Below are positions 50,068 through 59,456 of a DNA stretch of 64,000 nt, one piece after another. The stretch spans positions 1 through 64,000 of IMG/VR virus record IMGVR_UViG_3300022930_000001; one strand, 5' to 3'. Position 1 is the first letter of the stretch; each line of letters begins with the position of its first letter. The stretch comes from a virus. The position numbers and the translations under genes were made by a program. Under the pieces are notes generated by a model. That model searched no databases, had not been told where the DNA came from, and saw only the letters and a list, made by a program, of their open reading frames with translations.

Positions 50068-50499
50068 ATGAAATATAAAACCAAGCTTTACTTGGATGAC
50101 TACCGCTCACCGATAGACTGTGTAAAATACATGCATCAAAAAATTGGTAAATTAAATCCTATTTATCTTGAGCAAGATTGGGTTATTGTGAGAAATTATA
50201 TAGATTTTATTTGGTATATACAGAAAAATGGATTACCAGATTTAATATCTTTTGATCATGATTTAGCTGCAGGACATTATCATAGAAATATGCAAGAAGG
50301 GAATATTAATTATGATACTGATGATTTTCAAGATGATGATAATAAAACAGGTTATCATTGTGCTCAATGGTTAGTAGAATATTGTATGCAAAATAAATTA
50401 AAATTACCTGATTGGATCGTTCATTCGATGAACCCTTCTGGTACTAAAAATATAGAATCTTTACTAACTAGTTTTGATAAATTTCAAGAAAATGAATAA
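50068..50499 (+). CDS. cyclic-phosphate-processing receiver-like domain protein
   Basis: LYLDD.R, ISFDHDL, TGY....WL, VHSMNP.G. Confidence 0.8.
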   Translation: MKYKTKLYLDDYRSPIDCVKYMHQKIGKLNPIYLEQDWVIVRNYIDFIWYIQKNGLPDLISFDHDLAAGHYHRNMQEGNINYDTDDFQDDDNKTGYHCAQWLVEYCMQNKLKLPDWIVHSMNPSGTKNIESLLTSFDKFQENE

Positions 50500-50683
50500 G
50501 AATAATTTTTATAATTTGCGAGTTAATGATAAAGGAATAGTTGAAACTAGAGATCTAATAGACAATACTTGGAAAGAATGTTTAAATGAAGATCCAAATG
50601 ATAATCTTGAAGATACTAGGCAATTAAATAGTATATTACCAAATTTTAAACATCCATATTTAAAAGAAAATTATAGTTTATGA
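50492..50683 (+). CDS. hypothetical protein
   Basis: ORF; ATG 50492. Confidence 0.5.
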   Translation: MNKNNFYNLRVNDKGIVETRDLIDNTWKECLNEDPNDNLEDTRQLNSILPNFKHPYLKENYSL

Positions 50684-50871
50684 AAAATAATAAATATCAA
50701 AATGCATATTTTGAAGATGAAAATGATATTGAGCTAGTAATAGATTATGTTGGTGTTGAAAATGAAAACTTAGAACTTATAATAGATGAAGATATAGATC
50801 TTGATGAAGATGATAGTTTTCATTATTCAGTAGAACAATGTTTACATAATGAAATAATTCCTAATAATTAA
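50680..50871 (+). CDS. small highly acidic protein
   Basis: D/E-rich 63-aa ORF. Confidence 0.55.
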   Translation: MKNNKYQNAYFEDENDIELVIDYVGVENENLELIIDEDIDLDEDDSFHYSVEQCLHNEIIPNN

Positions 50872-50880
50872 AATATATAT

Positions 50881-51378
50881 ATGGAAGTTAAAATAAAGAA
50901 ATTAGTACCTGAAGCCATTTTACCTTCATATAGTAAAGTAGGTGATGCGGGAATGGATCTAACAGCTATTAGCCGTTCATTAGTTGTAAAAGAAGGTGAG
51001 GCAGATTATATAGAATATAAAACAGGTCTTGCAGTTAAAATACCTGATGGTTATTTTGGACTTCTTGTTCCTCGCAGTAGTAATTCTAAAGTAGATATGA
51101 CGCTCTGTAATCATGCAGGAATAATTGATTCTGGATATATAGGTGAAATTTCTTTTCGTTATAAAATAGATGCAGTATACGATGAAATAAAATTAGTAAA
51201 TAATGCTGCACATATTTATAATGAAGACACAAATCCCTTTAAAGTATTTATTCATAATGTAGGTGATCGAATAGGCCAACTTATCATAATGCCTTATCCA
51301 CAAATAGAATTTAAAGAAGTAGAAGAATTAGAATCTACAGAACGTGGAGCTAATGGTTATGGATCTACAGGTAAATAA
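50881..51378 (+). CDS. dut: trimeric dUTPase
   Basis: DAGMDL, PRSS, GIIDSGY.GE, GDRIGQ, RGANGYGSTG. Confidence 0.95.
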   Translation: MEVKIKKLVPEAILPSYSKVGDAGMDLTAISRSLVVKEGEADYIEYKTGLAVKIPDGYFGLLVPRSSNSKVDMTLCNHAGIIDSGYIGEISFRYKIDAVYDEIKLVNNAAHIYNEDTNPFKVFIHNVGDRIGQLIIMPYPQIEFKEVEELESTERGANGYGSTGK

Positions 51379-51388
51379 TATTAAATAG

Positions 51389-51577
51389 ATGGAAGATAAT
51401 AAAGACAGAATAGAAAGATTACAAAGATTAGTCTTTCATTATAAAAATTTATATTATAATGATCCTGAATCAGATGAAATGATTCCTGATGGAATGTTTG
51501 ATTCATTATATAATGATTTAAAAGAATTAGATCCTAATAATCCTGCTATTTTACAAGTTGGTGCTAAAATACAATAA
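51389..51577 (+). CDS. stand-alone NAD-dependent DNA ligase subdomain Ia-like protein
   Basis: YY.D....I.D..FD.L...LKELDP. Confidence 0.65.
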   Translation: MEDNKDRIERLQRLVFHYKNLYYNDPESDEMIPDGMFDSLYNDLKELDPNNPAILQVGAKIQ

Positions 51578-51609
51578 AAATGTTTTGTTTTGTTTGAGTA
51601 GTTGAATAT

Positions 51610-51643
51610 ATGAGTCTAACATTAATTTGTTAGACTCATTTTA
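51610..51643 (+). terminator. terminator-like hairpin overlapping the recA promoter
   Basis: ATGAGTCTAACA-TTAATT-TGTTAGACTCAT; TTTG-N20-TATTTTTG at 51626-51657. Confidence 0.6.
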
Positions 51644-51681
51644 TTAACTTATTTTTGCAATAGAATAATTAAATAAATAGA

Positions 51682-52686
51682 ATGGATATAAACGAAAAGA
51701 AGAAAATAGCTTTAGAGACAAGGAATAAAATTAATAAAGATTTTGGTAAAGGAACGGTAATGAATATGTCTGATAGACCGGATAATGAAATAGAAGTTAT
51801 TTCTACAGGTTCAATTGGGCTTGATTTAGCTCTTGGTGTAGGTGGATTACCTAAAGGTAGAATTATTGAAATTTATGGCCCAGAAAGCTCAGGAAAGACT
51901 ACTTTAGCTATACACGCTATTGCTAAAGCACAAAAAGCAGGAGGTCTTGCCGCTATAATAGATGCTGAACATGCATTTGATGCTAATTATGCACAAGAAT
52001 TAGGAGTAAATCTTGAAGATTTAACAATAAATCAACCTAGTTGTGGTGATGAAGGACTAGAAATAGCTGATAGATTAATCTCTTCTGGAGCTTATGATAT
52101 AATTGTAATAGATTCTGTAGCAGCACTTGTTCCTAAGGCAGAATTGGATGGTGAAATGGGTGAAAGCAAGATGGGTTTACATGCGCGTTTAATGTCACAG
52201 GCATTACGTAAAATGACAGGTATGATTAATAAAACAAATACACTTGTTATATTTATTAATCAGTTACGTGAAAAAATTGGAGTAATGTATGGCTCACCAG
52301 AAGTAACTACAGGTGGAAATAGTCTTAAGTTTTATGCTTCAGTAAGATTAGATGTGCGTAGAAGTACTACAGTTGCAAATAGTGTTGTTCAAGATGATGT
52401 TATAATGGGTAATCTTACCAAAGTAAAAGTTATAAAAAATAAAGTTGCACCACCGTTTAAGACTTGTGAATTTGATATACTTTATGGTACAGGAATAGAT
52501 AATCTTGGAGAAATAATTACGTTTGCTTTAGAATTAGAAATAATTAAAAAAGCAGGTGGTTGGTTTAGCTATCAAAGCAACAATATTGCACATGGTAAAG
52601 ATACACTTCGTACTACATTACAAGATAATCCCGAACTTAAGAATGAAATAGAACAATTGATAAAAGATAAACTTAATTTGAAATGA
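51682..52686 (+). CDS. recA: recombinase RecA
   Basis: [47 protein letters not shown]. Confidence 0.97.
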   Translation: MDINEKKKIALETRNKINKDFGKGTVMNMSDRPDNEIEVISTGSIGLDLALGVGGLPKGRIIEIYGPESSGKTTLAIHAIAKAQKAGGLAAIIDAEHAFDANYAQELGVNLEDLTINQPSCGDEGLEIADRLISSGAYDIIVIDSVAALVPKAELDGEMGESKMGLHARLMSQALRKMTGMINKTNTLVIFINQLREKIGVMYGSPEVTTGGNSLKFYASVRLDVRRSTTVANSVVQDDVIMGNLTKVKVIKNKVAPPFKTCEFDILYGTGIDNLGEIITFALELEIIKKAGGWFSYQSNNIAHGKDTLRTTLQDNPELKNEIEQLIKDKLNLK

Positions 52687-52949
52687 TAACTTTAAAAGAT
52701 TTAATTAAAGATAATAAAGTGTATTTTGATAGTTATCGTGCAGGATTTTTTTACTATAATTTAGATTTTGGATTTATACATATACAAGATACTGATGAAG
52801 TTAATGATAAAAAAATAACTTATCAATTTACAGTTCCTGCAGACGATATTGGAAACGCAACTCTTTTAGCTTCAGATAAAGCAATAACCTTTATGCGTTG
52901 GATAAAGAAAGCTGTTGATAATAACGAACTTATTAAAATAAATAAATGA
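52683..52949 (+). CDS. conserved phage hypothetical protein
   Basis: F.VP..DIG.AT....DKA..FMRWI. Confidence 0.7.
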   Translation: MITLKDLIKDNKVYFDSYRAGFFYYNLDFGFIHIQDTDEVNDKKITYQFTVPADDIGNATLLASDKAITFMRWIKKAVDNNELIKINK

Positions 52950-53242
52950 TAGAAACTAAAAAATTAGTAGAATTATATCCTAATGCGGTAGAAGAATTTC
53001 GACAAATTACTGGATTTCCTATAGAAGCAATTGCATATTTAGGATTTGAAGTATATACAGATTATTTTGATAATAAAGGCTTATTTATAGGTATTACTTG
53101 TGATGCGGATGGTATTTTTTGGATACCTGAAGTATGTTCAATACCTCTACATGTTAGTCAATCACGAATAGAAGCTCAGGATATCGCAATAGAAGAATGC
53201 TTTAAAATGGTTGAAAATATGACAGATTTTGCTGTAAAATAA
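52946..53242 (+). CDS. hypothetical protein
   Basis: ORF in operon. Confidence 0.6.
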   Translation: MIETKKLVELYPNAVEEFRQITGFPIEAIAYLGFEVYTDYFDNKGLFIGITCDADGIFWIPEVCSIPLHVSQSRIEAQDIAIEECFKMVENMTDFAVK

Positions 53243-53247
53243 TAAAT

Positions 53248-53613
53248 ATGAAAAAATTAAAAGTTTACTACGCTCATCCAATGGTGTTTTATGGATCTCA
53301 AATAGAATATGACGATATTAAAACATTAGAAATGATGGGTTTTGAAGTATTAAATCCTAATCATCCTAATAATGAAGAAGCATATCATAAGAGGAATAAA
53401 GATTTTAATCTATTTTTAGAACTTGTTAATTCTTGTGATATATTAGCTTTTAGAAGTATTATTAATAAAATTACTATCGGTGTAGCTAAAGAAATAAGAT
53501 TTGCAGAAACTCTTGGAATGCCTGTTATAGAACTTCCTACAATAACTGAAGATAGAATATTATCTAAAGAAGAAACAATTAAATATTTTAGACCATTAAA
53601 CATTGTAGATTAA
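53248..53613 (+). CDS. nucleoside 2-deoxyribosyltransferase-like protein
   Basis: VYYAHP, GFEVLNP, CD, GV.KEI..A...G.PV. Confidence 0.75.
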   Translation: MKKLKVYYAHPMVFYGSQIEYDDIKTLEMMGFEVLNPNHPNNEEAYHKRNKDFNLFLELVNSCDILAFRSIINKITIGVAKEIRFAETLGMPVIELPTITEDRILSKEETIKYFRPLNIVD

Positions 53614-53967
53614 ATGATTGATGATAATAATGTTGAAAAACCTCAAAAGGCTTTAAGATATAATGAGAATAAATTAGATTATTCTTTACTTGAACCTTAT
53701 GCAATACAAGAATTAGTAAGAGTTTTTGATAAAGGTTCAAAGAAATATGCTCCTTATAACTGGTTAAATGGTGGAATGGAATATTCTAAAATGTTAGCTT
53801 CTCTTAAACGACATATTGCTGCCTTTGAACTTGGAGAAGATATTGATCAAGAAACAGGTTGTCATCATATGGCTCATGCAGCATGGAATGCCTTAGGGAT
53901 AGTAAGTTATTCTAAATATTTTCCAGAGAATGATGATCGAATAATACATAAATTAATAAAAAAATGA
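53614..53967 (+). CDS. dATP/dGTP diphosphohydrolase (DUF5664-like)
   Basis: RYN..K.DYSL, G.KKY..YNW..G, RH...GEDID.ETG..H.AH. Confidence 0.85.
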   Translation: MIDDNNVEKPQKALRYNENKLDYSLLEPYAIQELVRVFDKGSKKYAPYNWLNGGMEYSKMLASLKRHIAAFELGEDIDQETGCHHMAHAAWNALGIVSYSKYFPENDDRIIHKLIKK

Positions 53968-54151
53968 TAATGGCAATATTTCCTTGGATATTATTAGTAG
54001 CATTTTTATTTACATGTTTACTAATTCATATCTATACTAAAGGAGGACGAGAAGATCATCAACCTAAAACTGCTTCGGGTTGTTGTTTACATACAAAAAA
54101 AAGAAGCAGTATTAACAATTCATAATACAAAAATAGAAGAGGAAAACACAA

Positions 54152-54502
54152 ATGCGTAATCAATTTTGGTACACAGTAAGCGAAGAAGAAGGTAAGAAAA
54201 AGATGGGTTCATTTAATTTGGACTATGTAATTCGTTCCGTAGAATATGCTGAAAATAAGTCCGTAGTATTGCTTGATGATTTTCATGAAATGCGAAGGGA
54301 TATTACAATTCCTGCAGGTAAGAATGGTAAAATTCTAACAAAGACTATTGAAGAAGTAGTTTGTTCTGAAGTATGGCTTAATGAAGAAGATTCTGCACGT
54401 TTTAAACAGATAACAGCTATACCAGATGTATATGTAACTAGTGGATATATGCAAACGGTATCTCCTACAGAAACAGCAAAAGCAGTAACTACATTAGCAT
54501 AA
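54152..54502 (+). CDS. hypothetical protein
   Basis: SFN...VIRS..LLDD.HE. Confidence 0.7.
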   Translation: MRNQFWYTVSEEEGKKKMGSFNLDYVIRSVEYAENKSVVLLDDFHEMRRDITIPAGKNGKILTKTIEEVVCSEVWLNEEDSARFKQITAIPDVYVTSGYMQTVSPTETAKAVTTLA

Positions 54503-54561
54503 TTTAAATTTTAAAATTAAATAGAGCAGACTATTAAATCTGCTCTATTTTCATATATAAT

Positions 54562-55230
54562 ATGAACGTAGAATTTATATCAAAAACACAAAGTTTAGTT
54601 CCAGATGTTACAACTGCTGATTTTACAGCATATGTAGCTCGTATAGGTAAAGTAAAAGATAATCCTGACAAACTAATCAAATATCTTATTAAACATCAAC
54701 ATTGGAGTCCTTTTCAACATACTTATTTTGGTTTTAAAATTAGAACAAGTCGTGCAATAGGAAGAGAAATTCTAAGGCACTGGAGTATGGATCATCAAGA
54801 GCTTTCTCAACGTTATGAAGAAATACTTGAATTTGAACCAATTGAATTGCGTAAACAAGCTGAAAATAATAGACAATCTTCTGAAGAAGAAATTGATCCA
54901 GATCTAATCTGGACACAGTTAGAACCATATCAAGATGGATACACTTCTATAGAAGTGGATAGGAAGAAGTCTAGTGAACATATAAAGGATATATTGCTTC
55001 TTATTAAAGAAGCCTATCAAATGCTCTTAGAAGTAGGAGTAGCTAGAGAATGCGCGAGATTTATACTTCCTGAGTGTACTTCAACAACAATGATATTAAC
55101 AGGTAATATTCGTTCTTGGATTAATTTCTTGAATTTGCGTACAGATGCAACTTCTCAAAAAGAAATACAAATAATCGCAAATGAAATTAAAAAAATACTT
55201 GCTCAAGAAGTTCCATTAATATTTGCATAA
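54562..55230 (+). CDS. thyX: flavin-dependent thymidylate synthase
   Basis: HWSPF, RH-x7-S (ELSQRY), ARECARFILP, N.RSW..F..LR, Q.EI. Confidence 0.93.
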   Translation: MNVEFISKTQSLVPDVTTADFTAYVARIGKVKDNPDKLIKYLIKHQHWSPFQHTYFGFKIRTSRAIGREILRHWSMDHQELSQRYEEILEFEPIELRKQAENNRQSSEEEIDPDLIWTQLEPYQDGYTSIEVDRKKSSEHIKDILLLIKEAYQMLLEVGVARECARFILPECTSTTMILTGNIRSWINFLNLRTDATSQKEIQIIANEIKKILAQEVPLIFA

Positions 55231-55257
55231 ATTAGTTTTGTTTTGTTTTAAATAAGA

Positions 55258-55287
55258 AAAGCCCAAGAGTTAATTCTCTTGGGCTTT
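55258..55287. terminator. bidirectional terminator where the two genome arms converge
   Basis: AAAGCCCAAGAG-TTAATT-CTCTTGGGCTTT. Confidence 0.8.
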
Positions 55288-55309
55288 ATTAATTATAATA
55301 AACTTTAAA

Positions 55310-55585
55310 TTATATTTGTGGTTGTGGTATATTTTCAGGATCTGCTTCTACTATTTTACCTGTTTCAACATTACGAGCTATAATATCCTGTACTATTCGT
55401 TTTGCTGCAGCTACCTTAAGTATTGAAGGTACATCTAAATTTGATGTTACAAAGTTAGTAAGATAATCATTAAGTGCCTGAAGCTCTATACCTGTAAACT
55501 GAAATTCATCAGAAACTTTCCACTGGTATACCGCAGAGGGATTATAAATTAGTTTCTTTATTTCTTGTTCTTGCTGTTCTGTCAT
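55310..55585 (-). CDS. hypothetical protein, paralog of 46771
   Basis: W...DEF..TG.EL.AL ... RN+..GKI. Confidence 0.7.
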   Translation of the reverse strand: MTEQQEQEIKKLIYNPSAVYQWKVSDEFQFTGIELQALNDYLTNFVTSNLDVPSILKVAAAKRIVQDIIARNVETGKIVEADPENIPQPQI

Positions 55586-55599
55586 ATTAATTTGTGGTT

Positions 55600-55890
55600 T
55601 TAATTTAATGGTTTATCAAATTCTCCTAATAATATATTTTTATTATTATTAATTAATCTTTCTTTTTGTTCAGTACTTGTTAAATGATCAATATCTTCTT
55701 TAATCATATCTAAAGAAAATTCTTTATTTAATGTATGTTGTATTCCAGAGCCTAATTTTATATCAGGAAAACGATATTCATACCACATAATATGGGGTAA
55801 TTTATCTTTACCCTGTATAAAACCAAAAGAAAATCCTTCATTATTTGATTTTGTTTCTTCTAAAAATTTTAGAATTTCTGTACTTATCAT
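55600..55890 (-). CDS. hypothetical protein
   Basis: ORF in - strand run. Confidence 0.55.
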   Translation of the reverse strand: MISTEILKFLEETKSNNEGFSFGFIQGKDKLPHIMWYEYRFPDIKLGSGIQHTLNKEFSLDMIKEDIDHLTSTEQKERLINNNKNILLGEFDKPLN

Positions 55891-56057
55891 TAATTTATAA
55901 TTGAACTATCGATATTATAATATATTTTTCCTTCAAATTTATCTAAAATATCATAATAAACTTTTCCTATTGTAAATCTTATTGCAATTATTTCTGCATC
56001 AACGTATTCTTCATTAGATATTGTATCTCCAATTTGATATTTACTTGGTAATTTCAT
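55890..56057 (-). CDS. small hypothetical protein (55 aa)
   Basis: MKLPSKYQIGD... read by hand, TAATG-coupled. Confidence 0.5.
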   Translation of the reverse strand: MKLPSKYQIGDTISNEEYVDAEIIAIRFTIGKVYYDILDKFEGKIYYNIDSSIIN

Positions 56058-56111
56058 TAGTTATTATTTTCAACAAAACTACAACTAATTTTTTAATTAA
56101 ACGAATTTATT

Positions 56112-56393
56112 TTATAACGATATATTGAAGAATAGATTCTTTTGTATTTTTGTAGATTTTGCAAATTCAGGTTTAATATGAAATATTTTATGCATTGCTA
56201 ATACGTTTTCAAGAATATCTTCTCTGAAAGAGGCTTCAGATGGATTTATAACTATGCGAAGCTTGTCAACTTCTTTACTTATTTTAAGTATTGCTTCAGG
56301 ATCTGCATGTGCAATAACGGCATTTAAAAACATTAAATAAAGTGCGGAATTATCAGAAATAATACCCTGTGTACCTGATAAATATACAATCAT
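56112..56393 (-). CDS. hypothetical protein
   Basis: Coupled ORF. Confidence 0.6.
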   Translation of the reverse strand: MIVYLSGTQGIISDNSALYLMFLNAVIAHADPEAILKISKEVDKLRIVINPSEASFREDILENVLAMHKIFHIKPEFAKSTKIQKNLFFNISL

Positions 56394-56779
56394 TATTTTA
56401 CAAATTTAAGTTTATATAATGCTGTCGCTAAAGTATCTGAAATCTGGTCTATTATATTTTGAAGCCAAGATTCTTGAAATATAGTTCTATATTCTTGAAT
56501 CCATTTATATTTTTCTTCAATCATTATTAGAGGATCAATGGCGGCTTTAGATTCAGGTATTGTTATTTGTACTATTCCATAAATACCTTGATATTTTTCA
56601 ATAACAGAATCTATAGGCTCTAGAATACCTTTATATAGATCATCTAAAGCTTCATGTACAGCTAATGTTTTTGTTGGTTGTGCAAGATGTGTTAAATGAA
56701 CGGTATCTCTTATAAAAAATAAATACCCGAAGAAATCTCCGGGTGTAGTTTTCCTTTTGAAAGGTGACATATCTGCCAT
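56393..56779 (-). CDS. ferritin/Dps-like four-helix protein (DUF5856-like)
   Basis: H..H....HEAL..LY.....D..+E.YQG.YG ... LQN.+D ... YKL. Confidence 0.75.
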   Translation of the reverse strand: MADMSPFKRKTTPGDFFGYLFFIRDTVHLTHLAQPTKTLAVHEALDDLYKGILEPIDSVIEKYQGIYGIVQITIPESKAAIDPLIMIEEKYKWIQEYRTIFQESWLQNIIDQISDTLATALYKLKFVK

Positions 56780-57447
56780 TATTTTCTGGTTTTTATTGAA
56801 AAAATAGGTACTGCAACACCAATACCATAAACAATTTGTTTTGTAAAAGGATTATATCCTGCAATCAATGCAAAATCTAAAATAGTTCTTTGTTCTTTTA
56901 ATGTAATAGAAGATCCTTCTTTTATACTATTATAAGGCGATTTATTCTTAATATCAATTTTAAGTTCATTTTTTCTAAAAAAATGTTTCTCTACTTCAAC
57001 TACATATGTTAAAGTATCAATAGTTTTAATAGATATATCTCCTAAGTGAGTTAATTTATTATAACTAGCCTCGGCTTTAATATAATTATCTTCTTTTTTA
57101 AAAGTAATAACGGTATTTGTACTATCTACTTTTAGATTTTTAAATGATGTATCAATACTTTCTGTAAATGTTGTTACAGATTGTATTGCATTATTACCTT
57201 TTATTTGTTTTTTTAAGCCTTTTGTAGCCTCTTTAAATTCTTTATTAGATGTAACTATCTGTACAGGAATTTGTGCATGAGAATCACCCTTAGAATCGAT
57301 ATAATGAAAAACTGGTTTAAGAGTATCATTTATCTTTTTAGATTCTAGTGCATATTTATTATGAGTATTATTGAATACTATATAAATAATCAATGCACAA
57401 ATTATACCTAAAGATATTAGATTTGACTTAAACCAGTTTATAAACAT
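56779..57447 (-). CDS. membrane-anchored lysis (spanin-like) protein
   Basis: N-terminal TM, C-terminal beta strands GY.P....GIG; adjacent to the holin-like gene. Confidence 0.5.
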   Translation of the reverse strand: MFINWFKSNLISLGIICALIIYIVFNNTHNKYALESKKINDTLKPVFHYIDSKGDSHAQIPVQIVTSNKEFKEATKGLKKQIKGNNAIQSVTTFTESIDTSFKNLKVDSTNTVITFKKEDNYIKAEASYNKLTHLGDISIKTIDTLTYVVEVEKHFFRKNELKIDIKNKSPYNSIKEGSSITLKEQRTILDFALIAGYNPFTKQIVYGIGVAVPIFSIKTRK

Positions 57448-57448
57448 T

Positions 57449-57709
57449 TTATTGATTTTTATATTCTACCCTAAAGAGTCTTTCTTCATGATTATTCATT
57501 CTAATAGTCATATCAGAAACACTGTCGTTAAGGTGTTTAATTCTTTCTTCTTGCGAAGTAAGATTTCGACCTATAGTTTTTAATTCATCAACCATTACAT
57601 CTAATTTCTTTAAAACTTCAGAAGTAATGGTTTTAATAATATATGCAAGAATACCCGCCATAATAATAACTACACATGTCAAAATCCAGTTTTGTAGTGT
57701 ATAGTCCAT
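57449..57709 (-). CDS. holin-like protein
   Basis: Single N-terminal TM, coiled coil, HE.R+.R+E tail. Confidence 0.5.
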   Translation of the reverse strand: MDYTLQNWILTCVVIIMAGILAYIIKTITSEVLKKLDVMVDELKTIGRNLTSQEERIKHLNDSVSDMTIRMNNHEERLFRVEYKNQ

Positions 57710-57710
57710 A

Positions 57711-58175
57711 TTATGAAAGAATTATTAAATATTGTGATGCAGGAGTACTATCAATATCTGCCGTATTAGTTGCTAATGTTATAGCACCTATAGAACTTAT
57801 TGTACCATCTCCCTGAATAACTGAAGTTGTCAATGTTCTACCTGTTGGAGTATTTACTGTAATAGAAACTTCTTCAGAAGTTTGATAAGGCAATGGAACA
57901 ACAAGATATTGACCATTAGTTAATGATCCTGTCCATGTAAATCCAGGAAAAGATATTTCAGTAATATTAGCTGAAGCTGTAGTATTTCTAAATACTATAA
58001 AGGAGCCATTTGGTTCTGTAGAACAACAATTTGTTACACACTGTGTAATATCTACCCAACGACCTATTTCACTAGGCTTTTTACGCCTCCATAGGGCACT
58101 CTGACTAATTGCAATCCCATTCGCATCTTTGCGAATGAACAACCTATCTCTGTAATTTAGGCGACTATTGCTCAT
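57711..58175 (-). CDS. putative structural protein
   Basis: Thr-rich beta domain in the late gene block. Confidence 0.55.
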   Translation of the reverse strand: MSNSRLNYRDRLFIRKDANGIAISQSALWRRKKPSEIGRWVDITQCVTNCCSTEPNGSFIVFRNTTASANITEISFPGFTWTGSLTNGQYLVVPLPYQTSEEVSITVNTPTGRTLTTSVIQGDGTISSIGAITLATNTADIDSTPASQYLIILS

Positions 58176-58248
58176 AATTTATAAATTTATTAAGTTAAAA
58201 AAAGAATATTTATTTAGAGTTAAATATTCAAACTTCTCCTTAAAATAA

Positions 58249-58725
58249 TTATGCTGCTACTGCGGCAATTACTGCAAAATTTATAGCTACTGCTTCACCT
58301 GCAGTAGAACCTATATTTGTTACTGTAATCTGACATGAACCTGCTGCTGTAGCAGTTATAGCTGCAGTATAAAGACCTGTTGTAGCACCAGATTTAACTG
58401 CAAGAGCTACAACATCTGTAGCTGCAATTGTAGAGTTAGTTAATGTAAACGATACTGAAGCTGCACCTGCAAGAGATGCATTATTCATTGTTATAGTACC
58501 ACTATTAGTATTAAGTGTTACACCTGTTGATTTACTGGTAAGCTGAGTTACTGCACCACCTGCTCCTGTAGCAAAACCAAAATTTGCTGTCGGAGAACTT
58601 GTTGTCATTGTACCTGTTGCTACTACTGATGCAGGAGTTAGTGCAAGTGTTGCTCCACCTGTCATTTCTGTCCTCTTTATATATTCATCTATAAGAGGAA
58701 AATTTACGTTTGCTGCTGTCGCCAT
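58249..58725 (-). CDS. virion structural/decoration protein
   Basis: GGAVTQLTSKSTGVTLN..SG.ITM...LA...VSFTLTNS.I motif. Confidence 0.7.
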   Translation of the reverse strand: MATAANVNFPLIDEYIKRTEMTGGATLALTPASVVATGTMTTSSPTANFGFATGAGGAVTQLTSKSTGVTLNTNSGTITMNNASLAGAASVSFTLTNSTIAATDVVALAVKSGATTGLYTAAITATAAGSCQITVTNIGSTAGEAVAINFAVIAAVAA

Positions 58726-58726
58726 T

Positions 58727-59143
58727 TTAATTTATTTTTAATTTTTGTTTAAATTTATATATATTTTTAATTATCCAACCTAATACAAAGACACATACAG
58801 TAACTGAACCAATATGCCAACCATTAGGATGTATAAATTCATCAATAAGTTTACCACATGCAAGAGCAAGTATTGTTTTACTTGTAATATGTAGTATGAA
58901 TATTGGACTACTATTTTTGTGTGTTTCTATTAAATATATAGATATATACGTAAGACCTAATCCAATACATATCCAGGATAAATCCCAAGCTAAAAAATAT
59001 ATTAAATCGTTAATATTCATTGTTGGACTCCAAGGCCAATTTCTAGCTACTGTCCACCATTCTGATTCTCCCCTTATATTTGTACAAAAATCAATAGGTA
59101 AAGCCAAAAGAATAAAAACTAATGCAATATATATTTTTTTCAT
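58727..59143 (-). CDS. membrane protein
   Basis: Several hydrophobic segments. Confidence 0.6.
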   Translation of the reverse strand: MKKIYIALVFILLALPIDFCTNIRGESEWWTVARNWPWSPTMNINDLIYFLAWDLSWICIGLGLTYISIYLIETHKNSSPIFILHITSKTILALACGKLIDEFIHPNGWHIGSVTVCVFVLGWIIKNIYKFKQKLKIN

Positions 59144-59147
59144 TTAC

Positions 59148-59450
59148 TTAACTTTTTGGACGATGGATTCGATGACCTCCAAACAAATGATATGTTTCAA
59201 AATCATTTATTTTAGGGCGATATATTCCTGTACCAGAATTATTTGCAGATATAATACATTGTTCTCCATTAATTCGTATCATACAGAATTTTTCAACACC
59301 AAAAGTATCTTTTTCTATAAAACATATTGAAGGAAACATTAGACAAAGATCTGTTGCTTTAACTCCATTTGTTGAAAGTCCTAAAAAAACATCAATAAGA
59401 TCATTATCAAAATCTATAAGTTCAATAGAACTCATTATTATATTTTTCAT
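59148..59450 (-). CDS. hypothetical protein
   Basis: ORF in - strand run. Confidence 0.55.
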   Translation of the reverse strand: MKNIIMSSIELIDFDNDLIDVFLGLSTNGVKATDLCLMFPSICFIEKDTFGVEKFCMIRINGEQCIISANNSGTGIYRPKINDFETYHLFGGHRIHRPKS

Positions 59451-59456
59451 TATTTA

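Noticed and set aside
3720-54928. Short - strand ORFs in the track (e.g. 3720, 6050, 12152, 19225, 36495, 47610, 54740) and nested + ORF 33648
   Set aside because: They are shadows of well-supported + strand genes; only 46771 is kept.
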